A stretch of DNA of 64,000 nucleotides, from positions 1,984,001 to 2,048,000 of the forward strand of contig CAWIIB010000009.1 of assembly GCA_963836075.1 (NCBI GenBank), given 5' to 3'. The DNA is from an uncultured Acidobacteriota bacterium. GTDB lineage: Bacteria > Acidobacteriota > JAQAZP01. The notes beneath the pieces are model-generated. The model searched no databases and was not told the origin of the DNA. It was given only the letters and a program-made list of their open reading frames with translations. Shown here one piece after another: positions 29,452 through 38,315 of the stretch. Numbering within the stretch: position 1 is the stretch's first letter; each line of letters opens with the position of its first letter. Position numbers and translations under genes: made by a program.

Positions 29452-30472
29452 GCGACCGCATATAGTAGTTCGGCTTGGTGCGGCTGCCCCATTCGCACTG
29501 GGCGCAGGTCACCCCGTCGACGCAGTCGGGGTTGTCCGGCCGGCAGAAGTTTTCGTACGGCTCGAGATTGTAGTCCAGGATCGCTGTTTCGCCGGGCGTC
29601 ACCGAACTGGTTATGTCCACCTCCCAGGGGATCACCTTGTCTCCCGGGCACCAGCCGTTGCGGCTGTAGGACCAGGTGCCGCCCTGGGGGCTGCAGGGGT
29701 TGTTGCGGCAGTCGTTGCGCCAGATATAGTCCTGGTAACTGTCCATCTCCGCCACGATCTCGTGCCATTTCCACGAGAATTCCGCTGCGTTGTCGGTGTT
29801 GCCGAAGGCGTGGCCGGTGATGTATGTCCGCACCTTGACTTCCACCGTCTCGGCGTCGATATCGGCCGCCAGGGGCACCAGATGGTCCTCGGAAGGATCT
29901 TCCGGGTGCCCGTACAGAAGGTTGTCGAAGGACCAGAGGTTGGTGATCTTGTAAGGCTCCAGCTCGGTAATCCCGGGCATGAAGGCGAAGTCGCAGGTGA
30001 TCAGCCAGCCCCGGTCGTCGCCAATCCAGGTCCCGATCTGGAGCTCCAGGGTTACCTCGTCGTGAAGCAGTGTCTCGTAGTCGGAGAGGTCATAGACCCA
30101 GGTGCAGGTGCCTGGCCGGTCTCCCCCGGTGATATCGTACGGAGTGACAAAGCGCATGATCTCATAGATAACTTCGTCCTTACCCTCCATGGTGACCACC
30201 CGGATTTGACCCAACCGGTCCCAGGGATCGCAGTCGGCCGGCGGGCCGGGGCAGCCCACGGTCATGTAACAGAGGATCTCACCCCACTGGCCGCCTTCGG
30301 GGGGGAACTGGAAGGTGGTATAGGTCGGCGTAATCCAGTTGATGAATTCCTGGTCAAAGGTATGGACCCACACCGTGTCACCGCGGCTCTCCTCATCAGC
30401 CGTCACGACGGGGGCCAGGATCAGGATTGACAGCACGACAGCCAGGGCCGCGCACCGGAATCGGAGGTTCAT
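28397..30472 (-). CDS. Peptide-N-glycosidase F-like protein plus CTD-B (paralog 1)
   Basis: Same motif set as the neighbour (ITGHA variant); near-identical 3' 1.05 kb. Confidence 0.85.
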   Translation of the reverse strand: MNLRFRCAALAVVLSILILAPVVTADEESRGDTVWVHTFDQEFINWITPTYTTFQFPPEGGQWGEILCYMTVGCPGPPADCDPWDRLGQIRVVTMEGKDEVIYEIMRFVTPYDITGGDRPGTCTWVYDLSDYETLLHDEVTLELQIGTWIGDDRGWLITCDFAFMPGITELEPYKITNLWSFDNLLYGHPEDPSEDHLVPLAADIDAETVEVKVRTYITGHAFGNTDNAAEFSWKWHEIVAEMDSYQDYIWRNDCRNNPCSPQGGTWSYSRNGWCPGDKVIPWEVDITSSVTPGETAILDYNLEPYENFCRPDNPDCVDGVTCAQCEWGSRTKPNYYMRSQLIEYRQRSASNTNRLVLAGPGPAYSNPPVVRAFPCEQGAAFEEEFTAYGADYYGVNVTCGRVNGGTHDVVITGAGPGDVYGPHVRGFEIDGTPLPGLSYFAYGTLKYGVNVACGDLDGDGFDEIITGAGPGAVFGPHVRAFNYDGGPGINPVPGVSYFAYGTLKWGTNVTSGDYDGDGYDEIVTGAGPGAVFGPHVRGWNVDGGTAAAIPAISFFAYETPRYGVMVGSGDVDADGIDEILTSPGPSPAFGAHVRGWNYDGDELVELPGYSFFAWPASEARYGARIYADANLDGIGGDELVVGGGPDPSMGSPVKVYTYDPATETVSQWFSLEAFPAGWTHGATVAAGWFE

Positions 30473-30621
30473 TGACCTGCTCCTTCCTGCGTGAAATTGT
30501 CATCAGATCGGAACCCCATTGTATCAGACGGAGGGAAAAAACGACGAATGAACGACTCGTTGGGTAGGTCAAAATGGAAGGACGTACATAACATTATAAA
30601 GTTCGGGTGGGCCGCCAAAGA

Positions 30622-30713
30622 ATCGGGGACGTACATGAATATATGACTATTTGGTAAACCACTGGATTAAAACGAAGTAGCCAAATAGTCATATATTCAT
30701 GTACGTCCCCGAT
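30622..30713. repeat. Perfect 33-bp inverted repeat with 26-nt spacer (MITE/REP-like)
   Basis: ATCGGGGACGTACATGAATATATGACTATTTGG at 30622-30654 and its exact reverse complement at 30681-30713. Confidence 0.92.
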
Positions 30714-30724
30714 CTCTCCTACCG

Positions 30725-32638
30725 TCATTTGAACAGCAGCATCCGGTCCGCCCGGTTTTCGTCGGCCAGCAGCAGCGCGCGCAGCTCGGGCCAGCGGGTG
30801 GCGGCGATGTGGCTGCCGGGCAACTGCAGCTCGCGGCCGAAGAGGATCCCCTCCTTTTCTTCATCACCCACCTCTGAGCTGACCTTCCAGTGGCCCACGG
30901 CGTTCCGCATCTGGACATGTTCGGGCAGGTGGACAACCTCCAGGTCGCCCGGGTCCAGCTTGAGGATCACCTGCAACGAAACTGGCGCGGGGAGGTGGAA
31001 ATCGCTCTCTCTCGTCTCCACGTGCAGGTCGACGAAGTGGTCGGCGGGAAATGATGCCACCTCGACCATCAGCCGACCCTGGGTGTCGCGCTCGCCGGCC
31101 GGGACCTCCAATGCAAACCCGATGACGACCTTGCCCGGCTCCATCCGCTCCAGGTTGCAGCTGCTGATCTTCGATGCGTTGAGAAACGAGCCCACGAATC
31201 CGGTGAGCCAGTCTTTGGCCTCGGTGCCCAGCCCGCTGATCTCGCTGTACGGACTGATCGTGCCTTCGGAGGTGAGCACACCGGTTCCGGCCCAGGACTT
31301 CTTCTCCGCGTCGAAACCGAGGTCGAAGCGGAGGAGCATGCGGTCCGGTCCATCAGCCGCTTTGAAGGCGGGCTCACCCTCTCCCGGCATCCAGACCGTG
31401 CGGCCGGTCAGGACGGTGTCTGCCACGCTGAAAGCGGCTGAACCAGGATCGAACCAGCCCTCCACCGTTTCGCCGTCGATACCGCTGATCTTCAGCATGG
31501 CGCCGTCGCTCCATGCCAGGTTGGGTGCGCCGATCTCGGCTTCGCCGTAACCCGAGCCGCGGAATCCCAGATGGACCGTGAACCCGGCAATGCGGTAGAG
31601 AATGGCGCCCAGCACCGTCCGGTCCACCCGGTGACCATACCCTGTACCCCAGGTGCGGGAAGCGGGGCGGGGCGCCGGCCACCAGCTGGACCCGTAGCGG
31701 ACAAGCCTCGTGGTCTGGTCGATGAACTCGGCTGTCAGCCGGGCCCGCTCCATGGGAGTCCGTGCCTCCTCGAGCTTCTCGTTCAGCGCATCGCGCATCT
31801 CGTCGTCGAGGACCATGCCGGCATCGAACCTTTCGTCAAGGTCTTCGGCAAGCGCATCCCAGCTGGCCCAGGTGGACCAGCAGACCCGGGGCTGGAGCAG
31901 GACCGACTCGTCCGTTTCCGGCAGTGGGCTCGCGGCAAGTTCCTCCATCTCGACGGTCCAGGTCTGGTATCCGCCGGTGGTGGCGGCCCTGACGGGCTGT
32001 GGTGCGCCGCCTGCCGCGTGGATGACCGGCTCAACACCGGCACTGGAGAAAGAGAACTGGGAAACCAGGGCCGGTTCGGTCCCCATCAAGCTGTATGTTC
32101 CGGACGCACCGGGCCGGAAGGGTTCAGTGTCCTCGACGGTCCAGATGGTCTCCAGGATGCAGGGCAGCTCCACGCCGTCGTGGAGCAGCATGGTTTCGCG
32201 CAGGTGGCAATAGTCAGGCGCCCGGTCCACCCTGAAGGGCAGGGTCTCCACCACCGCGGTGGGGCCGGCATCGATCACCGCTTCGTCGGAGAGCCGCAGG
32301 GTACGCAGCCGTTCCACGGTCAGCTCCTGACGGGCGCCGTCCCAGGGGATGCGCAGGTCGGCGAAATGGTCCAGGCCGTATTCGGTGTTTATGAGGACCG
32401 ACCGTGTCGTGGTCTGTACCAGGCGGCCGTCCGCGGTCCACTTCGTTTCGAACCGCTGGAAGAGGATCACCGCGTCCTCGTTCTCCAGGTCGAATTTCCT
32501 GTCCGCACGGTCGAGGAGGGCCTGGCTCTGAAAGCCGGGTTCTTTCTCGACGTGAACCGCCTGCGCGGTGATCGGCGACGACCCGGCGATCGTCATCAGC
32601 AGAACCAGCAGTGAGGAGGTGATCATCGCTGTTCTCAT
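30725..32638 (-). CDS. DUF3857 protein with degenerate transglutaminase-like domain
   Basis: Signal peptide; DAVIL N-domain; GYGHRVD in place of the catalytic GxCxD; ATGA overlap with partner. Confidence 0.75.
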   Translation of the reverse strand: MRTAMITSSLLVLLMTIAGSSPITAQAVHVEKEPGFQSQALLDRADRKFDLENEDAVILFQRFETKWTADGRLVQTTTRSVLINTEYGLDHFADLRIPWDGARQELTVERLRTLRLSDEAVIDAGPTAVVETLPFRVDRAPDYCHLRETMLLHDGVELPCILETIWTVEDTEPFRPGASGTYSLMGTEPALVSQFSFSSAGVEPVIHAAGGAPQPVRAATTGGYQTWTVEMEELAASPLPETDESVLLQPRVCWSTWASWDALAEDLDERFDAGMVLDDEMRDALNEKLEEARTPMERARLTAEFIDQTTRLVRYGSSWWPAPRPASRTWGTGYGHRVDRTVLGAILYRIAGFTVHLGFRGSGYGEAEIGAPNLAWSDGAMLKISGIDGETVEGWFDPGSAAFSVADTVLTGRTVWMPGEGEPAFKAADGPDRMLLRFDLGFDAEKKSWAGTGVLTSEGTISPYSEISGLGTEAKDWLTGFVGSFLNASKISSCNLERMEPGKVVIGFALEVPAGERDTQGRLMVEVASFPADHFVDLHVETRESDFHLPAPVSLQVILKLDPGDLEVVHLPEHVQMRNAVGHWKVSSEVGDEEKEGILFGRELQLPGSHIAATRWPELRALLLADENRADRMLLFK

Positions 32639-34701
32639 TGTCCATCCTCCTCTCCCTCGAGGCGGTAGAGCGCCTCACCCCATTTCCGCGCTTCCCCCAT
32701 GGCCTTGGCAAAACCGTCATACCCGTCGGGAGGAATTTGACGGCGCCGGACCTCGGCCCGCGAGCGGATGATCAGCGACCCGTCCTTCGTCTCGGCGCTG
32801 CCCTGGAAGGCTCCGAAAGTCTCGTCAATTTCTTCCGACGTGGGCAGCTCGCTGGCCGCGAACCCGGAGGGGATGCGGATGGTCTCCTCCACGTCCAGAA
32901 GCTGCGTGTAGTAAAGGAACACATCGGTCTCCCGTTTTTCGGCCCAGGTTGCCGATCCGGCACGAAAAAGGGTGCCCTCATGGATCAGTGCGGCCATCAT
33001 CGGGCTGTTGAACTCCAACCCGCCGGCTACCGGTGCGGCAAAGCCGGGGGCGCGGTACTCCACCTCGACCCACATGTCGCCCGAGAAATCGGTGGTGGCG
33101 CGGTGGCGCACCTTCACCCCTTCCACGCCGGGACAGGCCGGCGCCAGCAGCCGGGCGAACCGCTCGCCCATGCGGTCGATCGGTGTGTTGTGGACGATAC
33201 GGCGCAGGCGGCCGTCCAGGGCACCGGTGCCGTCGAAACGGATGGTTCCGGTCAGGGTGCCGTCGCCGGAGAGCGCCGCCCGGTGGCGGACCTTGAGCGG
33301 CGACTCCTCCGGCGGGCTGTACGCGATCTGCGCCAGAGGCTCCCCGTCGGGGGTGCCGACCAGGTAGTGCTGCTCGGTCTCCAGCTTGGACCAGATGTCG
33401 TTGTTGTACGGCACCCAGGTGGGGTCATACATGATGAAGCCGTCGCCCACCTTGCGGGCCACCACACAGTGGTTGAACTGGTCAGCCGGTACTTCTTCGA
33501 TGCGGCTGCCGGCCATGGTCATGGCACCGTACGTCGGGATGCCGGCGGCGCGCATCATGGTGATCAGCATGCCGGCGATATCCTTGCAGACCCCGCTGCG
33601 CTGCTCGTAGATCATGTCCCCGGGGTGCAGGGTGAAGCCTTCGCCCTTGCCCATGGTCTGGCCGCTGTAGCGGATGTTCTGGGCTACCCAGTGCAGCAAC
33701 GCCTCCGCTTTGTCGTCGTCGCTGCCGCCGGCCACCCCGGCCTCCTCGAGGATTTCGGCCACCGCAGCATCGATCTCGGCATTGGAGTCGAACTGGCTGT
33801 CATTGACCCCGAAGAACCAGCGGCTCTTCTTCTCCCAGCTCTCCACGGTGGCGATCACCACCTTGGCCAGGTAGTCGCTGCCGTCCGGCCCCCGCGGTTC
33901 GTGAATGGCGGGGGAGAGATCGAGCCCCCACCAACTGTAGACGTTTTCGTCCTCGGTGTAGCTGATGCTGGAGTAGAGCGCGCCGTTGTAAACCTCGGAG
34001 TGCAGGCGCTTGTCTGCGGGCAGGTGCAGCTCGTATCGTTTCTCCAGTGTCGGCACGTCGGACTGGAAGATGACGATGTCGAAATACTCGCCGGGCATGG
34101 GCGGGATGAACCGGTCGTCGTCGGGCTCGCCGCCGGCACCCCCGGCAGCGCCCCCCTCGCCGTCCAGCAGGGCATAGGTGAAGCCCTTGCGAAAGGTGTT
34201 GACCACGATGCCGTCACCGACCTTGAGCCGGGGCAATTGCAGCTGTTTGACCCGGTCGCTCCAGTAGATTGCCGCCTGGGGCGCGGGCAGATCGAGCACG
34301 GTGTCCACCGCCACCGCGATCCGCTCGCCGTCCCGTACCAGCTCCACCGAGCGCACGTCGACCCAGCTGCTCTGCGGGTCGTAGCCCCAGCGCAGGGCGG
34401 CGAGGTCCACACAGCCCCGGGGGGTCAACACCTTGTAGACCACGGTCGCCTCGGTTTCGGTGACCCCGCGCGAATCCACCCGGTTCACCGTCTCGTCGAA
34501 GACGATCAGGTGGTCGAAGCCGGGATGGTCGTCGGCGCCGCCGGCGGCTTCCAGCCGCGATTCGATGGTGGCCGGCGGCTTGTCGCCGGGAGCCTGTCCC
34601 TGGATCGCCGGTGCGAAGAGCAGAAGGAGAAGGACCGGGAGCAGCAGCCGGACCATCGTCGGGGCTGTGGATGAGAAAATCAATCGACTGAACGGAATCA
34701 T
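32635..34701 (-). CDS. DUF3857 plus transglutaminase-like protein (intact Cys-His-Asp triad)
   Basis: WVAQNIRY, GVCKD, FNHCV and YDPT motifs; signal peptide; GGAG upstream of ATG 34701 (start uncertain). Confidence 0.85.
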   Translation of the reverse strand: MIPFSRLIFSSTAPTMVRLLLPVLLLLLFAPAIQGQAPGDKPPATIESRLEAAGGADDHPGFDHLIVFDETVNRVDSRGVTETEATVVYKVLTPRGCVDLAALRWGYDPQSSWVDVRSVELVRDGERIAVAVDTVLDLPAPQAAIYWSDRVKQLQLPRLKVGDGIVVNTFRKGFTYALLDGEGGAAGGAGGEPDDDRFIPPMPGEYFDIVIFQSDVPTLEKRYELHLPADKRLHSEVYNGALYSSISYTEDENVYSWWGLDLSPAIHEPRGPDGSDYLAKVVIATVESWEKKSRWFFGVNDSQFDSNAEIDAAVAEILEEAGVAGGSDDDKAEALLHWVAQNIRYSGQTMGKGEGFTLHPGDMIYEQRSGVCKDIAGMLITMMRAAGIPTYGAMTMAGSRIEEVPADQFNHCVVARKVGDGFIMYDPTWVPYNNDIWSKLETEQHYLVGTPDGEPLAQIAYSPPEESPLKVRHRAALSGDGTLTGTIRFDGTGALDGRLRRIVHNTPIDRMGERFARLLAPACPGVEGVKVRHRATTDFSGDMWVEVEYRAPGFAAPVAGGLEFNSPMMAALIHEGTLFRAGSATWAEKRETDVFLYYTQLLDVEETIRIPSGFAASELPTSEEIDETFGAFQGSAETKDGSLIIRSRAEVRRRQIPPDGYDGFAKAMGEARKWGEALYRLEGEEDGQ

Positions 34702-34956
34702 GCGGATACTCCATTCTGGTGATTCGGAAACGAAATTGGACAACGGATATGGAACCATTATAGTCCGTGACGGCATGGTTCGTCGATTCTGGTGCGGGGT
34801 GGCTGGGTCCGGGCAGGAATATGGAGAGGTGTAACTTCCTGTGATAAACTGTCATCACCATTAGCGTTTTATTATCAATGTTTACAGCTGATTCTGAAGA
34901 TGATTCTCGGAATCGGGGGTTCAGGTGGCCACGGCCGGCCTGGAGGGGAGTGTGAC

Positions 34957-37014
34957 GTGACTAATCGTTCCGCGAGTGTTTCCCCGCGATTGTCCGCAGT
35001 GGTTCTGCTGATTGCAGCCTTATCCTGTTCAATGCCGGCATTGTCCGCATCCGGCCCGGTCTATGACGGACCCGAGCTGGACTACCAGCCGTCGATCATC
35101 CGCACGCTGGACGGCATGCGGCTGATGATGATTTTCGAGAGACTGGATACCGGTGATTTTTTTGGCGACCTGCTGGTGACCTGGTCCGATGACAACGGCG
35201 CGACCTGGGATACGCCCGCACCGGCCGTGGCGACGATCTTTAACGAGCGGCACCCGGCCCTGCTCCAGCTGGGTGCCGACGAATACGTGCTGTTCTACCT
35301 GCTGGACGAGACCAGTTCCAACGACTTTCGCATCTACCGGGCCACCAGCTCCAACGGCACATTCTGGACGGAACAGGGTGCCGTGGACCTGGGATGGGAC
35401 ACACCGGGCGAAATCAATCCCAGTGTGATCTCGGAGGGCGGCGGCGTGCTGACCATGACCTACCACCGCCTCTCCGGCCCGGCCTATATCGCCCGTTCCA
35501 CCGACAGCGGTGTCACCTGGGACCAGTTGCAGACCCGGGTCAGCGACGGCCAGGGTGCCCTGCCCCGGCTGGCCCGGCGGGAGAGCGACGGCCGGTACCT
35601 GGTGACCTGGCAGGTGGGGGGCAGCGACCTCGACCTCTTCGCCCGCTGCAGTAATGATATATACGACTGGAGCAGCGAGGCCATCCCGCTCTCCACCGAG
35701 ATCAACACCCACGATTCCCAGCCCATCGTGCTGGAGGACGGTTCCTTTTTCGTGGCCTATGCCCGGCAGGCCGGTTCGGTGTTCGACCTCTATTACCAGA
35801 CCAGCGCCAATTGTCTGATCTGGTCCGAGCCGCTGCGGGTGACCAGCGACACCCAGCACTACGATACCCAGCCCCACCCGCTGCTCCAGGGCACTCCCGG
35901 TCGGGTGATCCTCGCCTGGTCCCACCAGCAGAGCTCGAGCGCCTATGTCGATCATGATGTCTGGGTGAACAACGACCTGGAGGTTGAACTGCCGACGCAG
36001 TTCCAGCCCTTGCTGGTCACCGGCCCGGGGCCGGGCCAGGCCAACCCGACGCTGGTGCGGCTCTACATCCCCGACAATCCGGGAATCGTTCTCAGGGAGT
36101 GGGAGGCCTACGGCGTTTCCATGTATGGCGTGAACGTGGCCTGCGGCAACCTGGTGTCGACGGAGTCGGACGAGATCATCACCGGCGCCGGGCCGGGCGA
36201 GGTTTTTGGCCCCCACGTCCGCTCCTTCTGCGTGTCCGGCGCTCCCACTGCCGGCGTCAGCTTCCTCGCTTACGGAACGAACAAGTTCGGGGTGAACGTG
36301 GCCGCCGGCGACCTGGACAACGACGGGTGGGACGAGATCGTCAGCGGAGCCGGCCCGGGGGCGGTGTTCGGGCCCCACGTGCGCGGCTGGAACGTGGATA
36401 ACGGCACGGCAACGGCGATTTCCGGGGTCAGCTACTTTGCCTACGGCACGCTCAAGTGGGGAGTGAACGTGTCCTGCGGTGACATCGACGGTGACGGTTA
36501 CGATGAGATCGTCAGCGGCGCCGGCCCGGGGGCGGTGTTCGGGCCCCATGTCCGCGGCTGGAACGTGGACGGCGGGGCAGCCGCGGCGATCCCCGGTGTC
36601 AGCTACTTCGCTTACGGCACGCTGAAATACGGGGTCAACGTGGCTTGTGGTGATGTGGACGGCGACGGCATGGACGAGATCGTCACCGGTGCCGGACCGG
36701 GGGTCGTCTTTTCGGCCCACGTTCGCGGCTGGAACTACGACGGCGCATCGCTGACCGAGCTGTCCGGCATCAACATGCTGGCCTACCCCGCGGACTGGCG
36801 CTACGGTGTCCGGGTGGCCGTCGTCGACCTGGACGAGGACGGTGACTGCGACATCCTCACCGTGCCCGGCCCGTCACCCGAGCTGCCGGCGAACATTCGC
36901 GGCTGGCGGGTGGAGAACGGGGCCATCGAGGACGCCATCAGCGGTCTGGACTTCAATGCATACGAGGATCTGGGCCTGCTCCATGGCGGGTCGGTAACGG
37001 CAGGGCTGTTCTGA
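34957..37014 (+). CDS. Secreted BNR/Asp-box (sialidase-like) propeller plus CTD-B
   Basis: GGAGGGGAG ribosome-binding site before GTG 34957; signal peptide; SDDNGATW and STDSGVTW Asp-boxes; six GPGP repeats. Confidence 0.85.
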   Translation: MTNRSASVSPRLSAVVLLIAALSCSMPALSASGPVYDGPELDYQPSIIRTLDGMRLMMIFERLDTGDFFGDLLVTWSDDNGATWDTPAPAVATIFNERHPALLQLGADEYVLFYLLDETSSNDFRIYRATSSNGTFWTEQGAVDLGWDTPGEINPSVISEGGGVLTMTYHRLSGPAYIARSTDSGVTWDQLQTRVSDGQGALPRLARRESDGRYLVTWQVGGSDLDLFARCSNDIYDWSSEAIPLSTEINTHDSQPIVLEDGSFFVAYARQAGSVFDLYYQTSANCLIWSEPLRVTSDTQHYDTQPHPLLQGTPGRVILAWSHQQSSSAYVDHDVWVNNDLEVELPTQFQPLLVTGPGPGQANPTLVRLYIPDNPGIVLREWEAYGVSMYGVNVACGNLVSTESDEIITGAGPGEVFGPHVRSFCVSGAPTAGVSFLAYGTNKFGVNVAAGDLDNDGWDEIVSGAGPGAVFGPHVRGWNVDNGTATAISGVSYFAYGTLKWGVNVSCGDIDGDGYDEIVSGAGPGAVFGPHVRGWNVDGGAAAAIPGVSYFAYGTLKYGVNVACGDVDGDGMDEIVTGAGPGVVFSAHVRGWNYDGASLTELSGINMLAYPADWRYGVRVAVVDLDEDGDCDILTVPGPSPELPANIRGWRVENGAIEDAISGLDFNAYEDLGLLHGGSVTAGLF

Positions 37015-37032
37015 GTTCAAAGCAATTTGGTG

Positions 37033-37389
37033 TCAACCCGCACCAGCGGCCTGTTCGTTGATATGTCCGATCACCTTGCGCACGAACCCGCACTCGCATG
37101 CGGCGGGGCAGGCCCGCCCGCTGGCTGCGGAAAGGCATTCCGGGGCAGCCGCCTCGTAATCGTCGCGGCTCTCGTAGATCCTGTCACCGTGCAGGTCGGT
37201 GAACAGCTTGGCCGAGAGGGCCAGTGTGGTGCCGCAGGGATGGTGGTTGAAGAGGAAGAGGCCCAGCACTCCATCGTGGACAAAGGACTGGTAGCCGATG
37301 AACTCCAGGTTCGGGTCGGCGAGAAACTCGCCCCGATTGGACCAGGGGTGGTCGCAGAATTTACAGATCTTGATCGGGCTTTCGGCCAT
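37033..37389 (-). CDS. Small Cys-rich hypothetical protein (possible metal binding)
   Basis: GGAGG ribosome-binding site; CKFC, HPCGTTL and CPAACEC. Confidence 0.65.
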   Translation of the reverse strand: MAESPIKICKFCDHPWSNRGEFLADPNLEFIGYQSFVHDGVLGLFLFNHHPCGTTLALSAKLFTDLHGDRIYESRDDYEAAAPECLSAASGRACPAACECGFVRKVIGHINEQAAGAG

Positions 37390-37481
37390 GGGACCTCCAA
37401 CGAAAATGTCCATCCTCAGTCCATCCCATTGTATACCGGTTCACTGTCCTGAAGTCGAGAGCGGCGGCGCCACGGCGGGTA

Positions 37482-38312
37482 TTACGACCGGCGGCAGGTG
37501 AGGATCACATTGTAGCCCAGCCGGGTGCCCAGGCTGCCGCGGTAGTAACGGATCACCGGCCGCAGAATCCGGCCCAGCTGGTCGGGGAAGAGGGTGGAGC
37601 GGATCTCCTGTACCGGCAGCCCGGCGGCGGCCAGTTTTTTCTTCAGCCGCCTGATACTGCTCACATCGCGGTTGCGGTAAAACGTGTGGGCCCTGCGCGG
37701 AGCCATCCTGCCCCGGCGCCAGTAGCCGAAGCGCCAGATGAAACCTGTCAGGTGGTAGTTCCAGAGGGTGAAGGTGAATGTGCCGCCGGGGCGCAGCACC
37801 CGGGCCACCTCGGGGAAGGAGCGGTCCTGGTCGGTGTAGCGCATGCTGGCCCAGCCGCTGATCACCTGGTCAAAACTCTGGTCGCCAAAGGGGAGATCCT
37901 CGCCGGCAGCAGTCAGTGCGGCAAAACCGGCCTCCCGGGCCGCGGCGGTCATGGCCGGTGCGGGATCGATGCCCACAAGGGAACGGCAGTGGTTGCTGAC
38001 CAGCTGCATCAGCCGTCCGTTTCCGCAGCCCACCTCCAGCACGTCGCCGTGGCAGCTTTCGATCAGCGGATTGTCGATCAGGGGGAACCCGCAGGCCGGC
38101 GCGAACGTGGCATAGGTGGTGGCAACATCGTCCCATTCGGCAGCGGCCGGAAGTTCCTCGCGCAGGAAAAGTGGCCAGCCGTTGTGCAGCGGGAACGTAG
38201 CGCCGCATTCTCCGCAGCCGGCTGCTGCCCGGTCGGGCCAGTCCAGCGCGTCTGCCTTGCACAGGGGGCAGGCCAGGATTTCCGGGCGCTGGGATTGCTC
38301 CCGCAGGGACAT
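37482..38312 (-). CDS. Class I SAM-dependent methyltransferase with N-terminal Trm112-like zinc ribbon
   Basis: LACPLC…CGECG; VLEVGCGNG; LPFGDQSFD; RVLRPGG. Confidence 0.88.
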   Translation of the reverse strand: MSLREQSQRPEILACPLCKADALDWPDRAAAGCGECGATFPLHNGWPLFLREELPAAAEWDDVATTYATFAPACGFPLIDNPLIESCHGDVLEVGCGNGRLMQLVSNHCRSLVGIDPAPAMTAAAREAGFAALTAAGEDLPFGDQSFDQVISGWASMRYTDQDRSFPEVARVLRPGGTFTFTLWNYHLTGFIWRFGYWRRGRMAPRRAHTFYRNRDVSSIRRLKKKLAAAGLPVQEIRSTLFPDQLGRILRPVIRYYRGSLGTRLGYNVILTCRRS

Positions 38313-38315
38313 GGT

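Noticed and set aside
34830-34900. AT-rich patches (also 5100-5260, 24420-24500, 55650-55780) as possible att/dif sites
   Set aside because: No convincing XerC/D dyad or paired att core was found; they are consistent with ordinary promoter regions.
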